Assembly: GCA_016185605.1 (NCBI GenBank) | Contig: JACPNG010000009.1 | Location: 53,838-117,837 of the forward strand | Length of the DNA: 64,000 nt | Direction: 5' to 3' | Source of the DNA: Candidatus Woesearchaeota archaeon | GTDB lineage: Archaea > Nanobdellota > Nanobdellia > SCGC-AAA011-G17 > JACPNG01 | Shown: positions 20,978 to 30,032 of the stretch, piece after piece | Position numbering within the stretch: position 1 is the stretch's first letter | Layout of the letters: the number at the start of each line of letters is the position of its first letter | The notes under the pieces: model-generated | Seen by the model: only the letters and a program-made list of their open reading frames with translations | Told to the model about the DNA's origin: nothing | Database searches by the model: none | Position numbers and translations under genes: made by a program

Positions 20978-22105
20978 TTGAGGTTTAGAAAGATATTATT
21001 ATTAGTAATGACAATTTTTCTATTTTTTTTAATAGGCGAATTAATAACTAGAGCTTTTCTATACTTTGATAAAGAGAATTTAGAATATATACATATTGAA
21101 AAATATGATGAAATTAATAAATATCCAGACAAAGAAGTTTCTTTAATTGAAATTATAAAACTTAGCAAAAATAGAAAAATTATATATGAGCTAAGGCCTA
21201 ATGTTACTGGAGTTTATACTAAAAAAAATGTTAAAATAAACTCCAGAGGATTAAGAGACTACGAATACACTTTAGAAAAGCCAAGCAATACTTTCAGGAT
21301 TGTTGGAATTGGAGACTCTATAATGTTTGGATTAGGCATTGATTTAGAAGATACATTTCTAAAAGTTTTGGAAAGAAAGCTTAATGAAAATTCAAACTCT
21401 ATTAAGTATGAGGTAGTTAATTTTGCAGTTCCAGGTTATAACACAGTTATGGAGGTTGAGACATTGAAAGAAAAAGCTATAAAATATAATCCAGATTTAG
21501 TTATATTAAGTTTTAGTAGTAATGATATGCATCTTCCCAATTTTATAAAAAATAAAATAAAATTTAGATTGGATAAATCTTACTTTTACGATTTTATTCT
21601 TCAGAGAATATCACATTTAAGGCAAAAAGAAGATTTAAAAGCGAGACTTATTGGCTCCCCATTTAGAGTTGATGAAAATGGCTCTTTCTACGAATATGAA
21701 AGTGAACTTTTAAATGTTCCTCCAGAGTATAAAGATTTGGTTGGATGGGATAGCATAAAAAGAGCACTTAAAGATTTAAATGATTTTACATCTAAAAAAG
21801 ATATAAAAGTTATTGTTCTTTTAGATTACAGCGACAATGAAATTATTGAACCATATATAAGGAATAATGATTATTATGGCTATTCAGAAAAAGTAACGTA
21901 TAATCAAGAAGTTAAAAAACATGCAAAGGGGTATAAATTTTATTGGTTGGATCCTTTTTTTGGATTCTCCGAGTATATGAATAAAAATAATGCTACATTT
22001 TCTGATTTGATAGTATCAGAAATAGATCACCCGAATGAGAGATTTAATCAAATTATAGGAAACCAATTATTCAATTTTTTAGTAGAAAATAATCTTGTTG
22101 GTTAA
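20978..22105 (+). CDS. membrane-anchored SGNH/GDSL hydrolase (candidate glycan O-acyl esterase or transferase)
   Basis: 375 aa. N-terminal TM. Block I is IVGIGDSIMFGLG (GDS nucleophile). The C-terminus has the DHPNERFNQI His block. Confidence 0.75.
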   Translation: MRFRKILLLVMTIFLFFLIGELITRAFLYFDKENLEYIHIEKYDEINKYPDKEVSLIEIIKLSKNRKIIYELRPNVTGVYTKKNVKINSRGLRDYEYTLEKPSNTFRIVGIGDSIMFGLGIDLEDTFLKVLERKLNENSNSIKYEVVNFAVPGYNTVMEVETLKEKAIKYNPDLVILSFSSNDMHLPNFIKNKIKFRLDKSYFYDFILQRISHLRQKEDLKARLIGSPFRVDENGSFYEYESELLNVPPEYKDLVGWDSIKRALKDLNDFTSKKDIKVIVLLDYSDNEIIEPYIRNNDYYGYSEKVTYNQEVKKHAKGYKFYWLDPFFGFSEYMNKNNATFSDLIVSEIDHPNERFNQIIGNQLFNFLVENNLVG

Positions 22106-22190
22106 TATCATATATCGAAAGAAAAAATTTATTAGAAAGATATCAATGAATCAACATTAATTATTTAAACTATTGATATTAATTTAGTTT

Positions 22191-22952
22191 ATGTTCACCA
22201 AACAGGAGATTAATCTAATAAAAGAGTTAACACTAAATGAGCTTAAACTTAAATATAGAAATTCTTTTCTTGGTTTTTCATGGTCTTTTTTAAAGCCATT
22301 ATCTATGTTAATGATACTATACCTAGTTTTTAAGGTTTTTATTAAAATAGATGTCAATAATTATGCTTTGGTTTTGTTATTAGGAATATTAATATGGAAT
22401 TTCTTTGCAGAAAGTACATCTTTTGGTTTAAGTTCTATAAATTCAAAAGCCAGTATAGTTAAAAAGATTAATTTCAAATATGAGATATTGATTATAAGTA
22501 ACTGTTTAACTTCTTTTTTATCTTTTTTATTAAATTTTTTGGTCTTTATTATAATCCTACTATTTGCCAAAGGCATGCCATCATTATTAAGTATTTATAT
22601 TATAATTCCAATAATAGAGATATTCCTAATATCTTTAGGCTTATCTTTTATTCTGTCAATTCTTTTTATAAGATATAAAGACATAATACATATTTGGGAT
22701 ATTTTTTTACAAATAGGTTTTTGGATAAGTCCAATAGCCTATCCAATAGACCTTATTCCTTTAGAGTATAAAAAAGCTTATATGTTAAATCCATTAGCTA
22801 ATATTATAACTGCCTCAAGAGATGTAATATTAAATAATAGACCCCCTTCATTAAGTTTGATATTTACAAGTTTGATAACAACATTAGTCATTTTGGTATT
22901 TGGTTATTTGATTTATAGATATAATCATAAGAATATAGGGGAGTATTTATGA
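22191..22952 (+). CDS. ABC-2 type polysaccharide exporter permease (Wzm/TagG-like)
   Basis: 253 aa, 6 TM helices, ABC-2 family organisation. Overlaps the downstream ATPase by 4 nt. Confidence 0.8.
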   Translation: MFTKQEINLIKELTLNELKLKYRNSFLGFSWSFLKPLSMLMILYLVFKVFIKIDVNNYALVLLLGILIWNFFAESTSFGLSSINSKASIVKKINFKYEILIISNCLTSFLSFLLNFLVFIIILLFAKGMPSLLSIYIIIPIIEIFLISLGLSFILSILFIRYKDIIHIWDIFLQIGFWISPIAYPIDLIPLEYKKAYMLNPLANIITASRDVILNNRPPSLSLIFTSLITTLVILVFGYLIYRYNHKNIGEYL

Positions 22953-24187
22953 TAGAAGTAAAAAATTTGAGTAAATCATTTAGAATACAAAATGAAAAAA
23001 CGGATACTTTATTTGACGTAATAAAAAATATAAGAATGTCAAAAAACTATACCAATATCTGGGCTCTAAAAAATATAAACTTTAATGTGAAAAGGGGCGA
23101 ATTTATAGGAATAATAGGAGAGAATGGCTCTGGAAAAACAACTTTATTAAAAATAATAGCCAAAGTATTAAATCCTACAAAGGGTTATGTAAAAACAGAA
23201 GGCAGAATAGTACCGTTTTTAGAGCTTGGTCTAGGTTTCCATGATGAGTTAACCGGCAGAGAAAATGTTTACTTATATAGCCAAATAATGGGTTTAGACA
23301 AAAAAGAAGTAAACGAAAAAATAGAAGATATAATAAGATTCTCAGGAATAAAAAATTTCATTGATGCTAAATTAAATACTTATTCTTCTGGAATGAAAGT
23401 AAGATTAGCATTTTCTACAGCTATCCAAACTAATCCAGATATAATTTTAGTAGACGAGGTTTTAGCTGTAGGAGATATGAAATTCCAACAAAAATGTTTT
23501 GATATCTTCAGAAAATTTAAAGAAGATAAAAAAACTGTTTTATATGTGTCTCATGATATGAGTTCCATAAAAAAATTTTGTGATAGAGTTATACTATTAA
23601 ATAAAGGGAGACAAATAATAATAGATGAGCCAGAATATGTAACTGATAAATATTTCTATAGTATGATAAGAGATAATGAAAAAAATAGAATAGAATTTAG
23701 AACGGAAGCCAATAAGCCTGACTTTAGACGCATTGAAGATTTGAAAAAAACAGTTAATATTAGGTGGGGCACAAAAGAGATTGAGATTACTAAAGTAGAA
23801 CTATTTAATAAATTTAATAAAAAGAGCAATATGTTTGTTAGTGGCGATCCTTTAAAAATAAGGATACATTATAAAAAGAATGAAGAAATTAAAAACCCCG
23901 TATTTGGCATAGGAATTTTTTATGAAAACGGAAAACATTGCTTTGGCACAAATACACAAGTAGAAAAATATAAGATAAACAAAATTAATGAAAGAGGATA
24001 CATTGATTTTTTTATAAGAAAGATTATTATGTGGGAAGGAAATTTTTATTTGAATGTTATGGTACACGACGATAAACACTATCACTATGATTGGCATAAT
24101 AAAACATATATGTTTAAAGTAGTAAAACTTAATAATTATGATCAAGGTCTATTTAATTTAAATTGCAAATGGAAGATTTCAAAATAA
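22949..24187 (+). CDS. ABC exporter ATP-binding protein (Wzt/TagH-like) with a C-terminal glycan-binding extension
   Basis: 412 aa. Walker A GENGSGKTT. Signature YSSGMKVRLAF, the TagH/Wzt-type variant. A roughly 170-aa C-terminal extension follows, as in Wzt substrate-recognition domains. Confidence 0.88.
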   Translation: MIEVKNLSKSFRIQNEKTDTLFDVIKNIRMSKNYTNIWALKNINFNVKRGEFIGIIGENGSGKTTLLKIIAKVLNPTKGYVKTEGRIVPFLELGLGFHDELTGRENVYLYSQIMGLDKKEVNEKIEDIIRFSGIKNFIDAKLNTYSSGMKVRLAFSTAIQTNPDIILVDEVLAVGDMKFQQKCFDIFRKFKEDKKTVLYVSHDMSSIKKFCDRVILLNKGRQIIIDEPEYVTDKYFYSMIRDNEKNRIEFRTEANKPDFRRIEDLKKTVNIRWGTKEIEITKVELFNKFNKKSNMFVSGDPLKIRIHYKKNEEIKNPVFGIGIFYENGKHCFGTNTQVEKYKINKINERGYIDFFIRKIIMWEGNFYLNVMVHDDKHYHYDWHNKTYMFKVVKLNNYDQGLFNLNCKWKISK

Positions 24188-25122
24188 GAGGTCCATATTG
24201 GTTAGTCTATTTTCCAACAGACTCATGTAATTATAAGTGTAAACATTGCTATTTAGAAAATATTCCGGAAAAAGATGAAATGGATTATGAAGAAGTGATG
24301 AGGATATTTTCTAATTCTAGTCTATTAAAAAATACAAGAATTGGGATTTCTGGCGGAGAGCCATTTACAAAAAGGGACATAGTAGATATATTAACTGGCT
24401 TATCTAAAATGGGATATAAATTAGAGATTACAACAAACGGGGCATTTCCAGAAAAGATAGGGGATTTTCTGATGAATTCAAATACAACCAAAGTTGACAT
24501 TGCGATTTCTATAGATGGTTTAAAGGACATTAATGATGAGATAAGAACTAAAGGGGGATTTAATAAAGCAATTGAAAGTATTAAAATTATAAAAGATATT
24601 GGAGTAAATCTATTACAAGTCAATACAGTAATTCAAAAATTAAATATTAACCAGTTAGAAGAGATAAAACAATATTTTTCTTCATTTGTAGACCATCATT
24701 TCTTTATACCATTATTAAGTACAAGAAATAATAGAGTTGATTATACAGACAAAGAAATTGAAAAGATCTTAGAATATATGCATTATAAATTTGACATTAA
24801 ATATTTAATAACAAAGGGGGAATTTAGGATTAAAGATTGTCATTCAGGCCAAACAACTTGTTTTATAGATCCTACTGGAAAAGTGTTTACATGCATGACT
24901 GGGCAAAGATATTTTTTTCCAAGAAAAAATTATTTCATGGGAGATTTAAGAAAAATTAATTATAGTTTTGACGATTTATGGATATCTAAGCAGGCAGAAA
25001 TTGCCAGAAAAGATGTTAAAAAATGCGAGGGATGCTATAATGCCTGTGAAGTTCATAGAGAAAAATCCTGGCATGGATTAGATGATAATATAGATTGGGA
25101 GATTATTTCAAAAAAATGGTAG
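24163..25122 (+). CDS. radical SAM protein (SPASM/twitch-like C-terminus)
   Basis: 319 aa. CNYKCKHCY (CX3CX2C) near the N-terminus. C-terminal Cys cluster CEGCYNACEV. Confidence 0.8.
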   Translation: MQMEDFKIRGPYWLVYFPTDSCNYKCKHCYLENIPEKDEMDYEEVMRIFSNSSLLKNTRIGISGGEPFTKRDIVDILTGLSKMGYKLEITTNGAFPEKIGDFLMNSNTTKVDIAISIDGLKDINDEIRTKGGFNKAIESIKIIKDIGVNLLQVNTVIQKLNINQLEEIKQYFSSFVDHHFFIPLLSTRNNRVDYTDKEIEKILEYMHYKFDIKYLITKGEFRIKDCHSGQTTCFIDPTGKVFTCMTGQRYFFPRKNYFMGDLRKINYSFDDLWISKQAEIARKDVKKCEGCYNACEVHREKSWHGLDDNIDWEIISKKW

Positions 25123-25661
25123 ATTTATTTAAAGTAAATAACGTTAATATAAATTTTAAAGAAATAGAGTTAGAGATAAACAAAAGAGTAAATGAGGGGG
25201 GAAAAAGATTTGATGATTATGATAATGATATACAAGATTTTGAAATTGAAAAAATAGAAGTTTCTGATAATTTAGTTAACCATTGTAATATAAAAATTCC
25301 TAGAGAGATAACTTCCCATAGACCGGTTATAGGCAATACGCTAATAAAAATAAGGCAGATACTAGATGATGAGATAAGAAGGTCTTTAGATCCTATGGTA
25401 AATAGACAGATAGAAATCAATATGAATATAGTTAATAGGTTAAATAAAATAGAAAGAATAACAGAAGAGAATGAGATAAGAACTAAGGGATTAAATAAAA
25501 CACTAGATAGAGTAGAAAGAATAACAGAAGAGAATGAGATAAGAACTAAAAGGCTAGAAAAAGTATTTGATGAGATAATTAATCAAACAAACTCTAATAT
25601 AAAAGAGATTTTTAAACTAAATCGAAAGTTAAAGGAAAAAAAATGGAAATTAGCCAGATAA
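25095..25661 (+). CDS. hypothetical coiled-coil protein with an internal 20-aa tandem duplication
   Basis: 188 aa, charged and helical. Contains IERITEENEIRTKGLNKTLD / VERITEENEIRTKRLEKVFD. Confidence 0.5.
   Translation: MGDYFKKMVDLFKVNNVNINFKEIELEINKRVNEGGKRFDDYDNDIQDFEIEKIEVSDNLVNHCNIKIPREITSHRPVIGNTLIKIRQILDDEIRRSLDPMVNRQIEINMNIVNRLNKIERITEENEIRTKGLNKTLDRVERITEENEIRTKRLEKVFDEIINQTNSNIKEIFKLNRKLKEKKWKLAR
25451..25546 (+). repeat. two 36-nt exact copies (agaaagaataacagaagagaatgagataagaactaa) spaced 60 nt apart inside a coding sequence
   Basis: Seen directly at 25451-25486 and 25511-25546. Confidence 0.8.
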
Positions 25662-27706
25662 CAGCGTCTATAACTAGAGATGGAGATTCGATAAGCAATT
25701 ATTTATTAGAGATAAGAAATCTTTTAATTGAACAGGGATTTGAATCTTACATCTATGTTGAAAATAAAGACTTCTTCTCCTATTTTATAAAAGATTATAG
25801 GGATTGTAAACCAAAAAAAGACGATATAATAATATTACATGCCACGATTGGTAGTAATATAACAACTTTTTTCAAGAATTTAAGATGTAAAAAGATAATG
25901 ATATATCATAATCATACTCCGGCAGAGTTTTTTAGAGATATAAATAATGAAAACTTTAGATTGCTTAATAGTTATAATGAAGATCTTAAATCACTAATTA
26001 ATCATGTGGATTATGTTATAAGTGACTCTGAATTTAATAAACAAGATTTGGAGAAAATAGGCTTTAAAGACATAAAAGTCAGTCCAATATTCATTAATTT
26101 TAACAGATTCAATGATATGAATAATTATATTTTTAATAAGTTCAATGATAATTATATTAATATAATTCATGTTGGTAGGATAATACCCAATAAAAAAATA
26201 GAGGACATTATAAAGATATTTTATTATTATAAAAATTTTATAAATTCTAAATCTAGATTATTCTTAATTGGAAGTATTTCCAGTGATGCTAAAAGATACT
26301 ATAATGCATTAACAAAATATATAAATAAACTGAATTTAAAGGATGTTTATTTTTTAGGCAATATTAACAATAAAGATTTAACAGCGTACTACAAACTGTC
26401 AAATATATTTTTACATATGAGCGAACATGAGGGCATGGGTTTACCGTTAATAGAAGCGATGTATTTTAATATACCAATAATAGCTTTTAATTCCACCGCT
26501 ATACCCTATACATTAGGCGATTCAGGAATATTAATAAATTATAAATATCATAAAAAAATAGCTGAATTAGTTAATATTATATTAAATAATATGGGGCTTA
26601 AAGATAAGATAATAAAGATTCAAAGAGATAGATTAAAATTCTTTGATACTGAAAATTTAAAAGAACAATTTTTGCAACATATAATAAATGTAAAGAATTT
26701 AGATTTGCCTTATGATAATAATATAATAGATTATTCAGAAAATTCTAAAGATAATAAATTAAACATAGTTAATAAGTTTGGAGATATTATAAAAAACTTA
26801 AGAAAAAAAGATGAAAATAAAACAAATTATGATAGTTATAATTTTATATTTAATCATCCGGAGTCTATAACAGAAATAAAAATTCTTTATATACAACCTA
26901 AAGGCGTTGGCGATATTATAATGTCTACTCCAATATTAAGGGCTTTAAAAAAGAGATATCCTTATGCACTTATAGATTTTGTAGCTGATAAATACTGTAA
27001 AGATGTAATAATAAATAATCCAAATATTAGAAATGTTTATTCTTTTGATAAACTTCCTAATTTACAAGAATATATACTGGTGCTTAGGCCATATCTAAAA
27101 ACACAGTATATGTTAAATTGGCAAGATACTGGAATACATATAGTTGATTTATATGCTTCTTTATGTGGAGTTAAGTTAGATAGTTACAAAACTGAGATAT
27201 CTCCACTACAAGTAGATTTACAAGAATATGGTATAGATGAAAAAGAAGATTATATTTGTTTACATACACAAAGTTCACTAAAGTATAAAGATTGGTCTTA
27301 TTTTAAAGAGTTGATAAAGAAATTAAAAGATGAATTTAATATTGTAGTAATAGATGAACAACAACATAATTATAAATATACAATACAATTGCCACAAAAT
27401 ATAAAATTAAGAGAAAAAGCCTATATTATTAGTAAAAGCAAAATGTTAATAGGTATAGACTCTATGGGAATACATATGGCCTGTGCATTTGACATTCCGA
27501 CAATTGCTTTATATGGAAATACTCTTCCAGAATTATGTAAACCTTTATCTAATAAAAATCTTATAACAATAGAACCTAAAAAAAGATGTATAGAGGGTTG
27601 GCATCATTTTTGTAAAGAAGATAATTATTGCATAAATAGTATAAGTGTAGATAATGTATTAGAAAAAGTAGATTTTATTTTAAAAAAGAATCAATTAGTA
27701 GCGTAA
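25643..27706 (+). CDS. bifunctional glycosyltransferase: N-terminal GT4 domain fused to a C-terminal GT9 (heptosyltransferase-family) domain
   Basis: 687 aa. GT4 motif EGMGLPLIEAMYFNIPIIAF at about aa 260-280. GT9-like start IKILYIQPKGVGDIIMSTPILRALKKRYPYALIDFV at about aa 410, which matches the LSSLGD(V/I)...P...AL motif of WaaC/WaaF. Confidence 0.78.
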   Translation: MEISQITASITRDGDSISNYLLEIRNLLIEQGFESYIYVENKDFFSYFIKDYRDCKPKKDDIIILHATIGSNITTFFKNLRCKKIMIYHNHTPAEFFRDINNENFRLLNSYNEDLKSLINHVDYVISDSEFNKQDLEKIGFKDIKVSPIFINFNRFNDMNNYIFNKFNDNYINIIHVGRIIPNKKIEDIIKIFYYYKNFINSKSRLFLIGSISSDAKRYYNALTKYINKLNLKDVYFLGNINNKDLTAYYKLSNIFLHMSEHEGMGLPLIEAMYFNIPIIAFNSTAIPYTLGDSGILINYKYHKKIAELVNIILNNMGLKDKIIKIQRDRLKFFDTENLKEQFLQHIINVKNLDLPYDNNIIDYSENSKDNKLNIVNKFGDIIKNLRKKDENKTNYDSYNFIFNHPESITEIKILYIQPKGVGDIIMSTPILRALKKRYPYALIDFVADKYCKDVIINNPNIRNVYSFDKLPNLQEYILVLRPYLKTQYMLNWQDTGIHIVDLYASLCGVKLDSYKTEISPLQVDLQEYGIDEKEDYICLHTQSSLKYKDWSYFKELIKKLKDEFNIVVIDEQQHNYKYTIQLPQNIKLREKAYIISKSKMLIGIDSMGIHMACAFDIPTIALYGNTLPELCKPLSNKNLITIEPKKRCIEGWHHFCKEDNYCINSISVDNVLEKVDFILKKNQLVA

Positions 27707-28190
27707 CGCTCTAAGATCCTTTCAATTATTCTTGTAGTAGAAAATCCTTTTTCTACTTCGAATGTTTTATACTTGCCTCCTAATCCTTCTATAAGTTCTC
27801 TCTCATCTTTCATTCTTTTCTCATCATAAGTTCCGCCTTTTATATGTATATCTGGCTTTATTCTCCTTAAGTAATCAAGAGGGTCATCTCCATAAAAAAT
27901 TACAACATAATCAACATATCTTAAATAAGTTAGAACTTTAGCCTTCTCTTGTTGTTCAATAATAGGTCTTTTTTCTCCCCCTTATTTCGCCTAATAGAAT
28001 CATCACTATTAACTAAAACAATCAGAATATCTCCTTCACTTTTAGCCTTTGAAAGAAGATTTACATGTGCTGAGTGTAATATGTCAAAACTTCCGTTAGT
28101 AGTAACAACTATTTTTTGTTCTAATTTTAAATTTCTAGAAATTTGCTCCATTTCTTCAATTGTTTTAATTCTATCTTGTATAGCTTCCAT
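27692..28190 (-). pseudogene. HldE-domain-II/RibL-like cytidylyltransferase-fold nucleotidyltransferase with a 1-nt frameshift at an A6 run (about 27966-27972)
   Basis: The N-terminal part (86-aa ORF) has the HxGH motif [13 protein letters not shown]. Adding one A in gagaaaaaagacc restores ...[54 protein letters not shown]...STTRIIERILERYATN, which aligns with the E. coli HldE C-terminal domain. Confidence 0.6.
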
Positions 28191-28965
28191 ACTCTTTTCT
28201 TTCTATTACCTCATCTGTATAATAATCATTTAATTGAATATTCCAACTTACTTTTGATTCTATAAATGCAATATCACTAATCTTTAAAGGTTCTGAAAAT
28301 AAAATTCCATTTCTTATATCTTGGTTTACTTCTTTAAGAAATTCTATATAATTTTTGAAATTTTTATTTAATTCTATAAGATTATAGAATCTCATAAAAG
28401 TAGTGTGTATAGTTTTTGGAATATCCGGTTTTCCATCTCTTTTATCAAAATAAAAATTCTCATTTGAGAGTAGCCCTTGAGATATTTGACTACGTATATT
28501 AAAAATCTCCCCTTCATTATCTAATGGTTCATAAGTCATAATTCCCAGAGGAGATAGCACTCTTACTTTTAATGAGAATGAACTAAAATTAATTGATCTA
28601 AAAACTTCTAAATATTCTTTATAATATTGAAATTTATTCTTATCTGGTTTATAATAAAAACCATCTTTTAAACTACTATTTCTAATAATTACACATAAAG
28701 AGATATGTGTCTTATCATTTCCATAAATGAATTGGCTAGGTAGAATTTTTCTGAGTTCATAAATTAAAACATTAAAATCTTTTTGTAAACTATGTGTTCT
28801 AAATAATGGAATCCCAGCAACGATACTAATCCCAAACGGGGTTACTTTGTGATCTATAGATTTAGCAATATCTGGTGTAAATCTCCATAAGCGTCTCTCT
28901 TCCTCACTAATTCTTTTTCTATAATCAGATACTAAATTTGAATGTATTAATCTTTCCAAACTCAT
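28171..28965 (-). CDS. hypothetical protein with two H-phi-[ST]-phi motifs (2H phosphoesterase-like; low confidence)
   Basis: 264 aa. HISL at about aa 87 and HTTF at about aa 187, spaced about 100 aa apart as in LigT/CPDase 2H enzymes. Overlaps the upstream nucleotidyltransferase pseudogene by 20 nt, so it is probably in the same operon. Confidence 0.4.
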   Translation of the reverse strand: MSLERLIHSNLVSDYRKRISEEERRLWRFTPDIAKSIDHKVTPFGISIVAGIPLFRTHSLQKDFNVLIYELRKILPSQFIYGNDKTHISLCVIIRNSSLKDGFYYKPDKNKFQYYKEYLEVFRSINFSSFSLKVRVLSPLGIMTYEPLDNEGEIFNIRSQISQGLLSNENFYFDKRDGKPDIPKTIHTTFMRFYNLIELNKNFKNYIEFLKEVNQDIRNGILFSEPLKISDIAFIESKVSWNIQLNDYYTDEVIERKEYGSYTR

Positions 28966-29038
28966 CTTAATTAAGGTATATATTTATCTATCATTAAATT
29001 TAAATAGTTAATAAGAAAAAATATTTAAAAGCTTATCG

Positions 29039-29449
29039 GTGGATTTTATGGAGGATATACTAAATAAGGTATTAAGTAATGATGAAATAGCTAAAAAATC
29101 TAGAGGATTAAAAAAACAAGGGAAAATCATAGTAATGGCTAATGGAAGTTTTGACCTTCTTCATATAGGTCATATAGATCTTTTAAGGCAAGCAAAAAGA
29201 AAAGGTGATATTCTTATTATTGCCATAAATAGTGATTTATCTATAAGAACTTATAAAGGGAATGATAGACCAATTATACCTGAAAAAGAGAGGGCACTTA
29301 TGCTAGCCTCTCTATTCTTTGTTGATCATGTTACTATATTTAATGAAAGTAAAGCATTAAATATTATAGAAAAGATTAAACCTGATATTTTAGTCAAGGG
29401 GATAAGGCCTGATCCAGAAAGATTAGAAGAAGAAAAAAGAATTAGTTAA
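29039..29449 (+). CDS. HldE-domain-II-like sugar-phosphate nucleotidyltransferase, copy 2; its C-terminal tail is cut off by a frame change at an A6 run
   Basis: 136 aa. MANGSFDLLHIGHIDLL (HxGH), INSDLSIRTYKGNDRPIIPEKER, DILVKGIRPDPE. Strongly similar to E. coli HldE-II (VNSDASTKRLKGDSRPV...LLVKGGDYKPEE). The missing conserved tail LFGGKIEYVKESISRSTSDIIEDIRG is encoded in the next frame right after the stop. Confidence 0.7.
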   Translation: MDFMEDILNKVLSNDEIAKKSRGLKKQGKIIVMANGSFDLLHIGHIDLLRQAKRKGDILIIAINSDLSIRTYKGNDRPIIPEKERALMLASLFFVDHVTIFNESKALNIIEKIKPDILVKGIRPDPERLEEEKRIS

Positions 29450-29960
29450 TTTATTTGGAGGCAAAATAGAATATGTCAAAGAATCTATTAGTAGATCTAC
29501 TAGTGATATAATCGAAGATATTAGGGGACAAAAATCTCGTTCTGAAGATGATAGGATTTATGATAAAATGCCAGAGGTGTCAATAAAAATATTAAGTAAT
29601 GATGAAATAGCTAAAAAATCTAGAGGATTAAAAAAACAAGGGAAAAAAGTTATAATGGTAAACGGCGTATTTGATATGCTCCATATAGGGCATATTGGTT
29701 TTTTGAGAAAAGCAAAAGAAAAAGGGGATGTTTTATTTGTGGCTGTTAATAGCAATCAATCTGTTAAATCTTACAAAGGGGAGAATAAACCAATTATACC
29801 TGAAAAAGAGAGGGTACTTATGCTAGCCTCTCTATTCTTTGTTGATCATGTTACTATATTTAATGAAAGTAAAGCATTAAATATTATAGAAAAGATTAAA
29901 CCTGATATTTTAGTCAAGGGGATAAGGCCTGATCCAGAAAGATTAGAAGAAGAAAATGTA
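29039..29960 (+). repeat. tandem segmental duplication of a nucleotidyltransferase gene (blocks about 29068-29125/29590-29647 and about 29271-29440/29801-29960 are near-identical)
   Basis: Direct comparison of the two gene copies shows long identical runs, including about 170 nt encoding PIIPEKER(A/V)LMLASLFFVDHVTIFNESKALNIIEKIKPDILVKGIRPDPERLEEE. Confidence 0.8.
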
Positions 29961-30032
29961 ACAACATCTAGTGGACAAATTATAGATAAAATAAGGGGTG
30001 TCAGTAGTGAGGGTATTAATAATAGTCAATGA
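29568..30032 (+). CDS. HldE-domain-II-like sugar-phosphate nucleotidyltransferase, copy 3 (recent tandem duplicate of copy 2)
   Basis: 154 aa. MVNGVFDMLHIGHIGFL. The stretch PIIPEKER...RLEEE is identical at nucleotide level to copy 2. Confidence 0.75.
   Translation: MPEVSIKILSNDEIAKKSRGLKKQGKKVIMVNGVFDMLHIGHIGFLRKAKEKGDVLFVAVNSNQSVKSYKGENKPIIPEKERVLMLASLFFVDHVTIFNESKALNIIEKIKPDILVKGIRPDPERLEEENVTTSSGQIIDKIRGVSSEGINNSQ

Noticed and set aside
22191-25661. RiPP-type cluster hypothesis (ABC exporter + SPASM radical SAM + small ORF)
   Set aside because: - The transporter is ABC-2/Wzm-Wzt type with a TagH-like YSSGM signature and a Wzt-like C-terminal domain, typical of polysaccharide export.
- No leader-peptide-like small ORF with Cys/Ser/Thr-rich core is seen.
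- The context is uniformly glycosyltransferase genes.
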